The notes beneath the pieces are model-generated. The model ran no database searches. It saw only the letters and a program-made list of their open reading frames with translations, and had not been told where the DNA came from. Positions 32,463 through 43,300 of a DNA stretch of 64,000 bases are shown here, in pieces; position 1 is the stretch's first letter; every line of letters begins with the position of its first letter. The DNA comes from an uncultured Clostridia bacterium (GTDB lineage: Bacteria > Bacillota > Clostridia > Christensenellales > DTU072). The translations under genes were made by a program, and so were the position numbers. The stretch covers positions 82,290 through 146,289 of the forward strand of contig CALVUD010000002.1 in assembly GCA_944363505.1 (NCBI GenBank), in the 5' to 3' direction.

Positions 32463-33698
32463 TTACCCCTCGTATATGGGCAAAGTCGAGCCGCCGTAAG
32501 GCATTACGTAAACAGTCGAGTCCTCGCCGTGCTTAGCGCTTGCCGCCGCCATGGCGTCGTCCAGCGATTTGAACGGAACGAATCCCATCGACCTTACGAA
32601 ACCGTCGTCAAGCTCGGAAACCAGATATATATCGGCTTTTTTCATTACCATAGCCACCGCGGCGGCCTTGTGCGCGCCGAGTTTGAATTCCTTACGGATA
32701 TTCTCTATCATTTCGTCGGGCGAATAAGAGGTCATCCATTTTTCGAACAGCGCGCTGCCCAACCCCTCCTTGCATCCGGCAAGCCATATGATGGTCCCGC
32801 CTGTTTTGACGGCGTGTTTGGAATTGTCGAGAGCTTTCTGCGCCTGATACATGTTCTGATCTTTGGGATAACCGCCCGCGCTGACAACGACGATATCCGC
32901 CTGCTCGGTAACCGGTATGCGGTAAAGCTTGTCCAAAAACTTCACTCCCTCCCTGTGCGCCAGCGTAACGTCGCCCGCAACCGCGTAAATTATTTGCTTG
33001 TGTTCGTCCAAAACCGCGTTCATTATGTAATCCACGCCGAGCATGTCGGCGGCTTCCTCGATGTCGCGTCTGACGGGAGAGCCGATGTTGCCCGCATACG
33101 ATAAGGGACTGGTCATCATCTTGTGATTTACCTGGATAGCCGCGGGAGTGGATACACCGGGCATAATAGCCTTTGCTCCGCCCGAATAGCCCGCAAAATA
33201 ATGATACTCGATATTGCCCGTGGCAATTACGAAATCGGCGTCCGCGACGCGCGTAAAAATGTCTACGGGCGTTCCCGCCGAGGTGAATCCGAGACGGCGG
33301 GTGTCGTCGGGATCGGAATCCACGCATTCGAGCCTGTCGTACAACGCACCCGCAAGATGACGCTTTTCTTCTTCGGTATGCTTTCGGTGCGAACCCAGTC
33401 CGAACACTATGAATATGTCGTCGTCAGGAACACCCGCGCGGTTCAGGCGCTCGACTACCGGCGGCAAAGCCACTGCCGAAGGCATGGGTCTGGTGATGTC
33501 GGAAGCGATGATACACACTTTTTGTCCTTTTACGACCTTGTCTTCGAGTTTCACCTCTCCTATCGGATGATCGAGCGCATACTCGACCGCTTCCGCGCCG
33601 CGACGCGGCGCCGTAACCGGATTGGGTTCGAAAACTCCTAACAGCCTTTTTTCGGGCACGTCGAATTCCAAAACGCCCGTATCGTATCCTATCTGCAT
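32463..33698 (-). CDS. larA: LarA-family nickel-pincer-dependent 2-hydroxyacid racemase/epimerase
   Basis: DITRP, GLGSHR, HYFAGYSGGAK, QVNH, GGYPKDQNMYQAQK motifs; substrate uncertain. Confidence 0.85.
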   Translation of the reverse strand: MQIGYDTGVLEFDVPEKRLLGVFEPNPVTAPRRGAEAVEYALDHPIGEVKLEDKVVKGQKVCIIASDITRPMPSAVALPPVVERLNRAGVPDDDIFIVFGLGSHRKHTEEEKRHLAGALYDRLECVDSDPDDTRRLGFTSAGTPVDIFTRVADADFVIATGNIEYHYFAGYSGGAKAIMPGVSTPAAIQVNHKMMTSPLSYAGNIGSPVRRDIEEAADMLGVDYIMNAVLDEHKQIIYAVAGDVTLAHREGVKFLDKLYRIPVTEQADIVVVSAGGYPKDQNMYQAQKALDNSKHAVKTGGTIIWLAGCKEGLGSALFEKWMTSYSPDEMIENIRKEFKLGAHKAAAVAMVMKKADIYLVSELDDGFVRSMGFVPFKSLDDAMAAASAKHGEDSTVYVMPYGGSTLPIYEG

Positions 33699-33714
33699 AT
33701 CACGGCTCCCGCAA

Positions 33715-34593
33715 TCAGAATCTGTCGCGCGGATCTATCACCCGCTCGTCGATGTAATATTTACGTTTTGCTACGTTAAAGTATCCCGTCATGGCAATCG
33801 CGCTGTAGGTTACGAACGCGGAAGGCAATACCACTATCGGAACAATCCCGAGAGTTTCCACCGCCGTAACGACGACCGCGCCGCCGACAAATATCAGCAT
33901 AAACAATACGGAGGGATAAATTTCTTTTACATAAGCCCAGTCGAAACGGTAAAAGAAAGCTCTGACCGACTTTTTGAAGGTCAGGTTGTCGGCAATCATT
34001 TCGGGTATCCACCTGGCGGTCAAAGACATTCTGAACGCAATCAGGGCGATGATGACCAAAATGGCGATAGCTACTCCCGCTACGCCTATGGCTCCGCCCA
34101 GCCAGTTTGCGAAAAAACCGCCGCCTATCAGTATCGCGAGATCCGTCGGAGCGGTAACGGCGGTATACGTCAACGCCAGCAAAGCGGCTTTTCCGCCCGT
34201 GGATACCGTGGCGTTGATGAATCCGCAGTTGAAGTTGGCGCTCATTTTGTTATACAAGTAAAAAGACACGGGCACCGTCGCAAAGGAAACGCCGAGTCTT
34301 AAAAACACATACAATAAAACATACAGGATAGCTGCCCTGGTCAGCGAATCGATATTCTCGCTGACGAACCGGTCTATCGAGCCGCCCCTGTGCCCTATGC
34401 CGAACAATGCGGCGACGTCGTCCTCGAGTTCTGCCAGAAGGTCTACGTCGGAATCCACCGCTTCGATGATAGGTTCGGTGATCGCGCTGAAAAGCGCGAA
34501 TCCTACCAGCAGTAAAACGGTGGTATAAATCAGTACTTTCAGTATCAGTCCTGCGTTGGATACGGTAAGCGATAACGAATGTCTTAAGTTCAT
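33715..34593 (-). CDS. Hypothetical polytopic membrane protein (about 6 TM)
   Basis: Multiple hydrophobic helices; ATGA overlap with the upstream gene. Confidence 0.75.
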   Translation of the reverse strand: MNLRHSLSLTVSNAGLILKVLIYTTVLLLVGFALFSAITEPIIEAVDSDVDLLAELEDDVAALFGIGHRGGSIDRFVSENIDSLTRAAILYVLLYVFLRLGVSFATVPVSFYLYNKMSANFNCGFINATVSTGGKAALLALTYTAVTAPTDLAILIGGGFFANWLGGAIGVAGVAIAILVIIALIAFRMSLTARWIPEMIADNLTFKKSVRAFFYRFDWAYVKEIYPSVLFMLIFVGGAVVVTAVETLGIVPIVVLPSAFVTYSAIAMTGYFNVAKRKYYIDERVIDPRDRF

Positions 34594-35465
34594 CTGCCTT
34601 TCCTCCGCGGTTTATAGTAAAAATAGTCTTTCGGATAGTCTTCCCTGACCAGTCCGAGTATTTCGTAATAAGATAAAAACGCCAGCGTCAGATAATACGT
34701 AACGATCGCGCTGTTCAGAACGGATTCGACGACAAGCGACGCCCAGCGGTTGCCCGCCACGCCTACCGCGAACATTATCGCAAAGCATACCGCCATCGGC
34801 ACGACGACGGCTCCGAGCATTCTATAGAAAGTTTTCCCCGAAGCGCCCGAGCACGCCGCGGTAAACGCGTTGAAAGAATTGAGCCCGTTAAAGGTCATAT
34901 ATGGCAAATACATGATCCCTATCGACATCAGCGAAGCCACGGCAAAATACGCCAGTATCAAAAACGCCACCGAAAGTATCGCCGACAACGCCACGTTCAA
35001 AGTGCCCTGAGCCAAAAGCATCAGCGCCGTCGCGACGACCTTTACCATAAGCACCGCGACGGCATAAGCGAACACCGCCTGCAACACCGGAATGAATCCT
35101 TCGTTGAAATCGCGGAAAACTCCCTTTATCCCGAAAACGCCCACGCGCAGACTGCGGGAGATCACCGTCGACGAAACAGACATAAAAAATAGCATCAGTA
35201 TAAACGCCGCGGCTATTCCGACTCCGGATACACTTGCGGGAACGGCGCCAAAAAACGTCCAGGCGTCCGCATAAGAATCCCCGCCCGCGGTGTACCCCTT
35301 GAGCCAGCCGTACAAAGCTCCGATCGGGTTTGCAAAGGACATCGCTATGCCGACAGGCAGACTCAGCAGAAAGAGTACGATAAATCTCTTGCCTTTTTCG
35401 AGCTTGAACAAATATTCGGTTGTAACAGAAAAGTATTTCATTTTTTTATTCCGCACACGGAGCAA
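34590..35465 (-). CDS. Hypothetical polytopic membrane protein (about 6 TM)
   Basis: Multiple hydrophobic helices; length and layout like the downstream neighbour. True start may be the ATG a few codons in. Confidence 0.75.
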   Translation of the reverse strand: MLRVRNKKMKYFSVTTEYLFKLEKGKRFIVLFLLSLPVGIAMSFANPIGALYGWLKGYTAGGDSYADAWTFFGAVPASVSGVGIAAAFILMLFFMSVSSTVISRSLRVGVFGIKGVFRDFNEGFIPVLQAVFAYAVAVLMVKVVATALMLLAQGTLNVALSAILSVAFLILAYFAVASLMSIGIMYLPYMTFNGLNSFNAFTAACSGASGKTFYRMLGAVVVPMAVCFAIMFAVGVAGNRWASLVVESVLNSAIVTYYLTLAFLSYYEILGLVREDYPKDYFYYKPRRKGR

Positions 35466-35483
35466 AACTCCGTTCCAAATTAA

Positions 35484-37391
35484 TTAAAGTCTTGTTTGGG
35501 TTTCGTCATCCCCGTCTTCGGGTTCCGAAACTTCCGTTTTCGGTTTTTTCCGTATAATGCCCTTCTTGTATAAGACAATAACGCAGACCGCGCCTAAGGC
35601 TACGAACGCCACGACGCCGAGAGCTATCCACAACGCCGTAAGATCCTTTTTAGGATCGCTTACCCTGACGAGGAACAATTCGCCGCTTGCCGAATCCAGC
35701 GAAGTTATCATGAATCCAGCGCCGTTTAAAAACGGAGCGTTTGCGTATTCGCCGTCAAGCGCACGCACCAACCTGTATTCGGAGTCCGAACCGAAGTCGA
35801 TCCTGAGTTCAATAGCCGAATTCAATCCGTCGTCGGTCAACGCGACTCCGTTGAGTTCCGTAGTAAAACTCAAACGAACGACCTCGCCTTTACATCCCGC
35901 CGCAGCCAGAACCGCGGCGCTGACCGAAGAATCCGAAGGCATCACGGCGACGGTTATTTTAAGTTTCGCCTCGTCCCCGCCCAGGCTCTTTACCGCGTCG
36001 GCAAGGTTATTCGAAGAAAACGCGGCGTCAATGAGGTCGGCGTTGGCTACGTCTATCGAGGAGGTAGCCTTGTTCGAAGCTATCGCGGCGGTAAAACGAT
36101 TATAAACACCGTTCACGAACTCCCAGTACATTTTGTAAAGAGTATCCTTGTCGGTGCCGTCCCTGAACGCAAGCGTCAGATTCGCGAACGCGGAACTGAC
36201 CTGCTCGTAAAGCGCGGCGTTTACCTTGTCGCCGTCGGAGTCGGGCGCGTATTCGAGGATTTTCCGGGAATACTCCGTAACGTTACTTTCGACGTTTACC
36301 GTTACGGGATTACCCGAAGCGGTATACCCTATTATATCGTAGGCGGGATCCGTCTGTATTTTTACGCGGTCGTCGGAGAGAAGTCCTATCGCCGAATTCG
36401 CAAGCGAATCCATCGTAAAATAATAATAGTATCCGTCCTCAACTATGTCGAAGGTCATCGTATAGCTTCTGACCAGCGTCGAGGTCAGCGACACGCTGGT
36501 AACGGTGTGATCGGCAAGGAATTGTTCGATGTCCTCGGCTTCGACCGATTCACCTTCTCCCGCTTCGTCGCCGACGACGGAGAGTTTTTCGTCAAAGCGC
36601 AGTATCCATATACCCGCGATCCCGGAACACGCCGAGTAAGGCACGCTGGCGGGGAAATTGTCGTTAAAGGTAACTCTGACCCTGTATGAACGCAATCCGT
36701 CGTCCGAGGTCGAGAGCAATCCGCTCATCAGTCTGCCGTAGGCGTCGGCTTCTGGTTCGGGATGACGGTAGTCAATGCAATCGACGACCTGATTCGCGTT
36801 AAGACTCATCGCTTCGCCGCCCCCGCCGAGTTCGGCGTATACCAGCAGTTCCCCGCTGACGCCGACTGTTACCCTGAAGCGTTTTCTGCCGTCGGAAAGC
36901 GTGCCGATCGCTTCCCAGCTTATCGGATAAAGCTCGCCCGTACTCAGACTGCCGTCGGTATACTCGCGGTTGTTTCCCGCGTTTCCGTCGTAAAGCATAT
37001 AGGGAACCCCGTCTATTTCGTTATCCCCGCGTATGCCCCATACGTCTGCGTTCAAGTCGAGGTCGTAAGCGACATATATCTTTTCCGCGTTCGCGGGCAA
37101 GGTGATACTGTACGTCGCGCCGCCCAGAACGTAAGTTTTTCCGTCCACTTCGTTCCAAAGCCCGCCCTGATGAAATCGTCCGTACACCGTGTTCCCGCCT
37201 TCTTCCGCCGTCACGTCCTCGATGACTATCGCGCCGCCGCCCGAGCCGACGTCGGAGGCGTTATCGGCTTTTGCCGTCAGCCCCGAGGCGGAAAACAACG
37301 CCGTCAAAGCCACTATCGCGAACGCCGACAGCGCCGCGATCAAAACCGTGCGGCGCTTAACTTTGTCCGATTTGGTTTTTAATATCTCCAT
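35484..37391 (-). CDS. Hypothetical exported protein with C-terminal TM anchor (635 aa)
   Basis: Signal peptide ending AKA, acidic beta-rich body, TM, then RKKPK and an acidic tail. Confidence 0.8.
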   Translation of the reverse strand: MEILKTKSDKVKRRTVLIAALSAFAIVALTALFSASGLTAKADNASDVGSGGGAIVIEDVTAEEGGNTVYGRFHQGGLWNEVDGKTYVLGGATYSITLPANAEKIYVAYDLDLNADVWGIRGDNEIDGVPYMLYDGNAGNNREYTDGSLSTGELYPISWEAIGTLSDGRKRFRVTVGVSGELLVYAELGGGGEAMSLNANQVVDCIDYRHPEPEADAYGRLMSGLLSTSDDGLRSYRVRVTFNDNFPASVPYSACSGIAGIWILRFDEKLSVVGDEAGEGESVEAEDIEQFLADHTVTSVSLTSTLVRSYTMTFDIVEDGYYYYFTMDSLANSAIGLLSDDRVKIQTDPAYDIIGYTASGNPVTVNVESNVTEYSRKILEYAPDSDGDKVNAALYEQVSSAFANLTLAFRDGTDKDTLYKMYWEFVNGVYNRFTAAIASNKATSSIDVANADLIDAAFSSNNLADAVKSLGGDEAKLKITVAVMPSDSSVSAAVLAAAGCKGEVVRLSFTTELNGVALTDDGLNSAIELRIDFGSDSEYRLVRALDGEYANAPFLNGAGFMITSLDSASGELFLVRVSDPKKDLTALWIALGVVAFVALGAVCVIVLYKKGIIRKKPKTEVSEPEDGDDETQTRL

Positions 37392-40300
37392 TTGCGCTTC
37401 CTTTCCTCAATCTGCGCCTTCACCTTACGTTTGTACGCTTCCTCTACGGAACCGGAATTCTCTCTCCAGCCGTAAATCTTTCTCGCGCCCTTGGAAACGC
37501 GCTTGCGTTTTCTGATCGGCGCTGTGATGAATATCACTATCGCTCCTAAGATTATTATGGCTACTACCGCGATAACGATTATCACCCAGTACGGGAAGTC
37601 GTTTGTATAGAACACTATCTCGCCCGAAGAATTGGCATAGAAAGTGATATAATTACCCTCTCTGGTAAAGCCGGTAACGTCCGCGAGATTTCCCAATCCC
37701 TCCACGACAAGGTTCTTGCATTCGAGGTATTCGTCGGGGATCCTGACATAGAACTTCACGCGGTCTTTCAACACCGTGGTCAGCCCGTTCTCCTTGATCT
37801 CTATTACCTGAACGGTGGCTTTCTGTCCGAACAGCCTGGTAAACAAATTGGTCGCGTTCACGGTATCGTAAATCTCCGAGAACGACACCGTGATATTCGA
37901 ACTGAAGCCGCCCTCGCTGGTTATGTACGAATCGGTCGCGGGATCCCTGACGGTATTGGTGCTGATGGTGGCGCTGAGAGCGTATACGGGTTCGCGCAGC
38001 GTATAGTTGCCTGCGTGCAGACCGCTTAGCGACCAGCCCGTCAGAATTACCTGATGCGTTCCCACTTCGGACACGCCGCCCTTGGTCGTGGCGGTTAGAT
38101 GCAGGGTTACTTCGTCCCCTACCAACACGCCGCCGAGCGTGCCCGTAACCTCGATGTCGGGCAATCCGTCGTATGCCTTGCCGTAAGCTCTAAGATTCTC
38201 TATAGAGATCTCTTTGGGCAATATCCTGAACGTCGCGCGCTGGGTCGTGGGCATATAGTTCGAATCCACGACTTCCGCCGTTACCGTGTATTCGCCTACC
38301 GCCGTGGGCATTACGTTGGTGTCGTACCCCTCGAACCTGACCACAACGTTCACGCCTGCGGGCGAAGTTACCACGGTGGGCATTGTAACGGAACCGTAAA
38401 TCTGGGTCGACAGCGACGTATGGTCGAAGCTTATCGACGAAACCGTTCCCCTTCTGATCGAATAAGAAATGGACGCGCTCTCCGCCGCCAGATAATAATT
38501 GGCGTCGTCCATGGTGGCAACTGCGACATAGTCGGCGACTGCGGAAGGTACCGACAGGCTTCCGGAGGAACCCGTCGGATCGGCACCCGCGGGATAATAA
38601 TAGACCAGTATCCTGCTTTGCAGCGAAGTAAGCTGCGATTCGTCGCCGGGCAACATATCCTCGCTGTTGATCCTGGGTACAACCGGAGATGTGCTGCCGT
38701 AATAATATACGTAGCTCTCCGTCAGCGAAGTCGTGCCCTCGTGTACGATATAATAACTCAGTCCGAGCGGACGCTTGGTTATCGTTACGACGTAGCTTAC
38801 TTCGCCCTCGTAGTTTTTATCGGAAATACTCGCCTTGAACGGATATGTGCCGACTACGGGCACCGAGGACGCAAAGTCAGCGAAAGCTTCGTCGTTGATC
38901 ACCGTCATATTTGCGGGACTGGTAGTGAACACGGGCGAGGTTATAGCGTCGCCGTAAACGAAATTCGTGTTACCCGCGACATAGATCGTTGCCACGGTCT
39001 TTATCACTTCCACGCTCAGCGTTCCGTAATACGCGTCATAGTTTGCCGAATCGTTCGGCTCAAACTTGAATTCCACGCCTTCGTAAACGCCTACGTCGCC
39101 CAGAACGATGCTCGGCGTTACATAAGAGAACGTACCCGAGACCGCGCCTTTACCGCTGACGTAAACCATACTGCCGCCCGAGAACGTGCCGCTTGAAAGC
39201 GACGCACCGTATCTGACAGCCGAAGCGGAAGGCATTTCGGACAATCCGACCAGAAGCTTGGCTTTCTGAATAGTGAATTCGGCGTCGGTTTCGCCGACAT
39301 AATTGGGATCGGTGATCTCGACGTGGATACGGTATACGCCTGCGTCTATAGCCTGATAAACGGTGGCGCCCGCCGCGTTGGTCAGAGAGTATCTGAACGA
39401 AAGAGTACTGTTCAACGCGGGTATCTGATGTTCACCGTTATAAGTAAGCAAGTTAGTCAGAAGCTCTAAGCTGACGGGAGACTTATTTACGGTAACGGTC
39501 GCAAGGCATTGTACCGAAGAATAATTGCTGCTGTCGGGTACGAATATCATCGTCACGCTGTGTCTGCCGACCTCAGGTTTCAAAGACGGATCCGAGAACG
39601 TGAAAGTCCCCTTTACTTCGCGGCTGTTTGACAGAGCCACACCGCCCGTAACGCGCGAACTGCCGAGATTGCTGCCGTAAATAATGTCGGAGAGCGACGG
39701 CACGGATTCTATGGTTACCGCAGCCGCGACTATCGTTACCGTGGCGGAAGCGCTTCCCTGATAATTGACGTTGTCGATTTCCACGACAACGGTATAGGTA
39801 CCGATGTTTCCGGGGAAATATCCCGACTCGAATCTGTTGCCCGTAGTCGGATCGATATAATAAAGTTTATAATCTTTCGAAGTAAGATTGTTGGAAAGAC
39901 TGACCTGGATGAGGGACTCGTAACCGCCCGAAGCGTTATATTCGAAGGTGTACGACGACGATCCCGACAGATAAATGAACGTAGCGGTCGCGTTACGCTT
40001 GTATACGACGTACTCGAATTCCCTGCTGCCCGTATAATAATCGTTGCCTGTCAGGGAAACGACCACCCAGTAACTGCCGGCATTGGCGGGTTGCAATGCG
40101 CCGTAAGAAGTCGTGCGGTCAAAACTCAGATATTCTACGGTTACGTATGCGTCGTCGACGTCGTAGCCCTCCACCGTGACCTCGAGCGGAATATCCTCGG
40201 CATAAGTCTTGTGATTGCCGCTTACTCTTATATAGTCGCTAAGGTCGAGTCTTTCTATAGTATAGTCGAAAGTGAATCTGCCGAAATACGTTCCCATGTG

Positions 40301-43300
40301 GTACAATCCGTTTTCGGAGATTTTGCCGTTTTCGAATATTTCAACGGTTACGGTGTATACGCCCGCCGAAACCATGTTCGAAAAGTCCGGAGCAATTTCC
40401 ACGCCGTCCTTTTTAAGAGATACCAGCTTGTAATCGTCATATCTTAGAACGTATTCGGAGCCTATCGCAACCAGTTCCAATGCCTCCATGTCCGCGGGAA
40501 TGCCGTCGTAATATTTCCCGGAGGAATGATTTGCTTCCGTCAGTTCGGTATATGCGAACACCCTCAACGACAACACGTCGCCGGAAACGCCGGCTTCGGA
40601 CAGCACATAGTTGGGATGCGAGAATCTGACTTCCGCAGTAACGCCGTCCAGGTACCCGCCAGCCTTGAATTCGGTAGCCGAACCCGTAGTTTCCGTAACG
40701 GTATATTCCACGCCCTCAACGGGATATCCTTCGGCGTCCACCGCTCTGAACACGATATGTACGCTCGCGGGCGCTAACTCGGCGCCCGTGAAAATGTACG
40801 CGAACGCTTCGATACTCATCGGCGCGCGGTCGATGACGGGGATAACCTTTCCGCGAGTTACGTTATATGTATCGTAATACTCCTCGAAAGGCGTGAATAC
40901 GTATTCCACCGCCTCGCCGACTCCGGGAACAAAGTCGGGATCCGCCCATGCGACGGTGCCTATTCCGTAAGCCGCGGACCCGTCCGCCAAAGTTATGCCT
41001 ATATCTTTGAGGCTGACCCCGTATCCCGCCGACGACGCGCCGCCGGGATAAGTCAAAATCACGGAAGCGCCCAGGTTGTCCACGGGAGTTTTGTTAACCA
41101 TCACTTTCAGAGTGGCGTAAACGCTCACGTATCTGTCCTGATCCGTAGGCTCGAACCATATGCCGACGTAGTTTTCGTTGGCTTTGTCAAAAGTTATTTC
41201 TCCGCCTTCTACGTCAAGGACCCATTTACCCGAAACGGTGGCGTCGCTTGAGCCGCGGTAAGCGAAAATACTGTTGGAGTAGATATTGCTTACGGTGAAC
41301 GGCTGCCCGGCGGGATAAGTGCTTTCGATAACGTAATCGGAGCCGTTATGATATATATAGCTGATACCGTCCAGTTCCAGTCTGGGCGCGCATTTTTCGA
41401 CGCGCAGCGTAAGGTCGCGGATCTCTCCGCTTTCCGCGTTCACCACGCCCGAATAATAACCGCCGTAATTGGAATCGTTCACCTCGGCGGTAACCACGTA
41501 TTCCCCGACCTCGACGGGCGCGACAGAAGAATTGTCGTAAAATACGCTGACGGAAACGGTTCCGTACTCTTTCATTATCAAAGCCAAACCTTCGTCGTTC
41601 AGTTTCGCGCGTACGTTGACGCCGCTGCCCGAATATTCTCGTTCGATATAGTATCCGAATTCGTCCTCGAGGATTTCGGCGTCGATAACGATGTACTCGC
41701 TCAAATCCTTTTTTATCACGTTGACGTTGGCGCTCACGGTGTTGGGAAGGAAGTTCTGAGACTCCGGACGGAACGTTATGTCCACGCTGTAAATCCCTAC
41801 CCTGTATCCGCTGATATCCGTGCCGTCGGCAAGAGTGAACACGCCTTTGACCGCCGCTCCCGTGGTTTCGAACACAACGGTAACGTTCTCCAGCCGCGAC
41901 TGCAAAATAGCGTTGACGTCTTCGACGGAAGTATTGAACGGCACGTCCACCAAACCCAAAGAAGTCATGATCCTGACGGCGGCAGGCGTAACGGTAAGCG
42001 TAGTGCGACCCTCTCCCGAATAATTTGGATCGGTCAGCGTTACGGTAACTTCGTATTCGCCCGCGTCAACGGGAACGCCCGCGATTTCGACGCCTTCAGC
42101 AAAATATTTATATTCCGCCGCGGTGATGTTGTGCGGCAATTCGATCTTGCTCGCAAGCGATATTTCGGAACCCGTGTATCCGTAGGAATATCCCGCTTCG
42201 GGGAAGGAGAATACCACGGCGTAAGGTTCTATCGTCATAACGCCGTCGTAGCTCCATTCCGACAGACCGTTTTCGGTATAAACGATTTTGACGTTATAAC
42301 TGCCGGACTCGGTCGGTACCGCATACGAATACACGCCGTCTATTTCGTACTTGACGTCGTATGCGGGAGACGGATGCGACAAAACGTCGGGATTGTATAT
42401 CGGGTAAACCGCTTCTATCCGCATGGTGGTGTCCGGCGGCGCATATGTTTGCAGCGCGTTCCCAATGCCCGCAACGTCCGGGACGATCTGAACGAAGCCC
42501 GAACTCATTCCGACGAGCGCGTAGTTTTGTTCGTTCAGTTCGACCTTGACGATGTATCTGCCGATGTTGACGGGAGCAAAGCTCATTGTCGCGCCCGTAT
42601 AATACGAATAGGACACTTTATAAGCGAAATTGGAAGTGTCTATACCCGTAATAGGCTCGTCGGTAAACCCGAATACCGGAACAAACGAATATGCCGATCC
42701 GTTATATTTTTGCTCGAGTACGGCATATGTGCCGGTATCGGGAACCAGTTGCTCGACGCTTACGGACGAGGGCGAAATAATGACCGAAACGCTCTTTTCG
42801 CCGCAGAATCTGTCGTTGTCTTTCACAACCGCGGTTACTACGTATTCGCCCGCGTTCTTTACCTCGCTAACGCTCTCGGAGCCGAAAAGTTTTTCGTAAA
42901 CGAACGTTGCCGTAAACACGTCGCCCGCCACTTCGTCGGCATACGACGCGGTTGCGACGATGTCCGAACCGACGCGGTCGCGGTTATTGAATACGAACGA
43001 CAAAACGTCGTCAGAATCTTCGTCCGCCGCGATGACTATCGAAGAGGATATGTCTTTTCTGGTTACGACGAGCCTGTAATCGCTTTCGAACGGACGGAAA
43101 TTCCTGTAATAAGAATCTGCGTCTGCGGCAGGCGTGAACCTTACGAGCGTGTTGCTTAAGCCGCTTTCGTCGAATTCGTTTACGGGTAACGCCACATATG
43201 AAGAGTATTCCGTGCCGCTTTCGTCGACGTAATATACGGTGAACGTGCCGGTGAAGGAACTTGCGACGCCGCCCGCCGGAGCATGCGTCAAGGATACCGA

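Noticed and set aside
41348-43159. 603-aa plus-strand ORF and other long antisense ORFs (e.g. 11061-12227, 38099-39196, 60153-61124)
   Set aside because: Shadow frames of well-supported minus-strand genes in GC-rich codon usage; no recognisable motifs.
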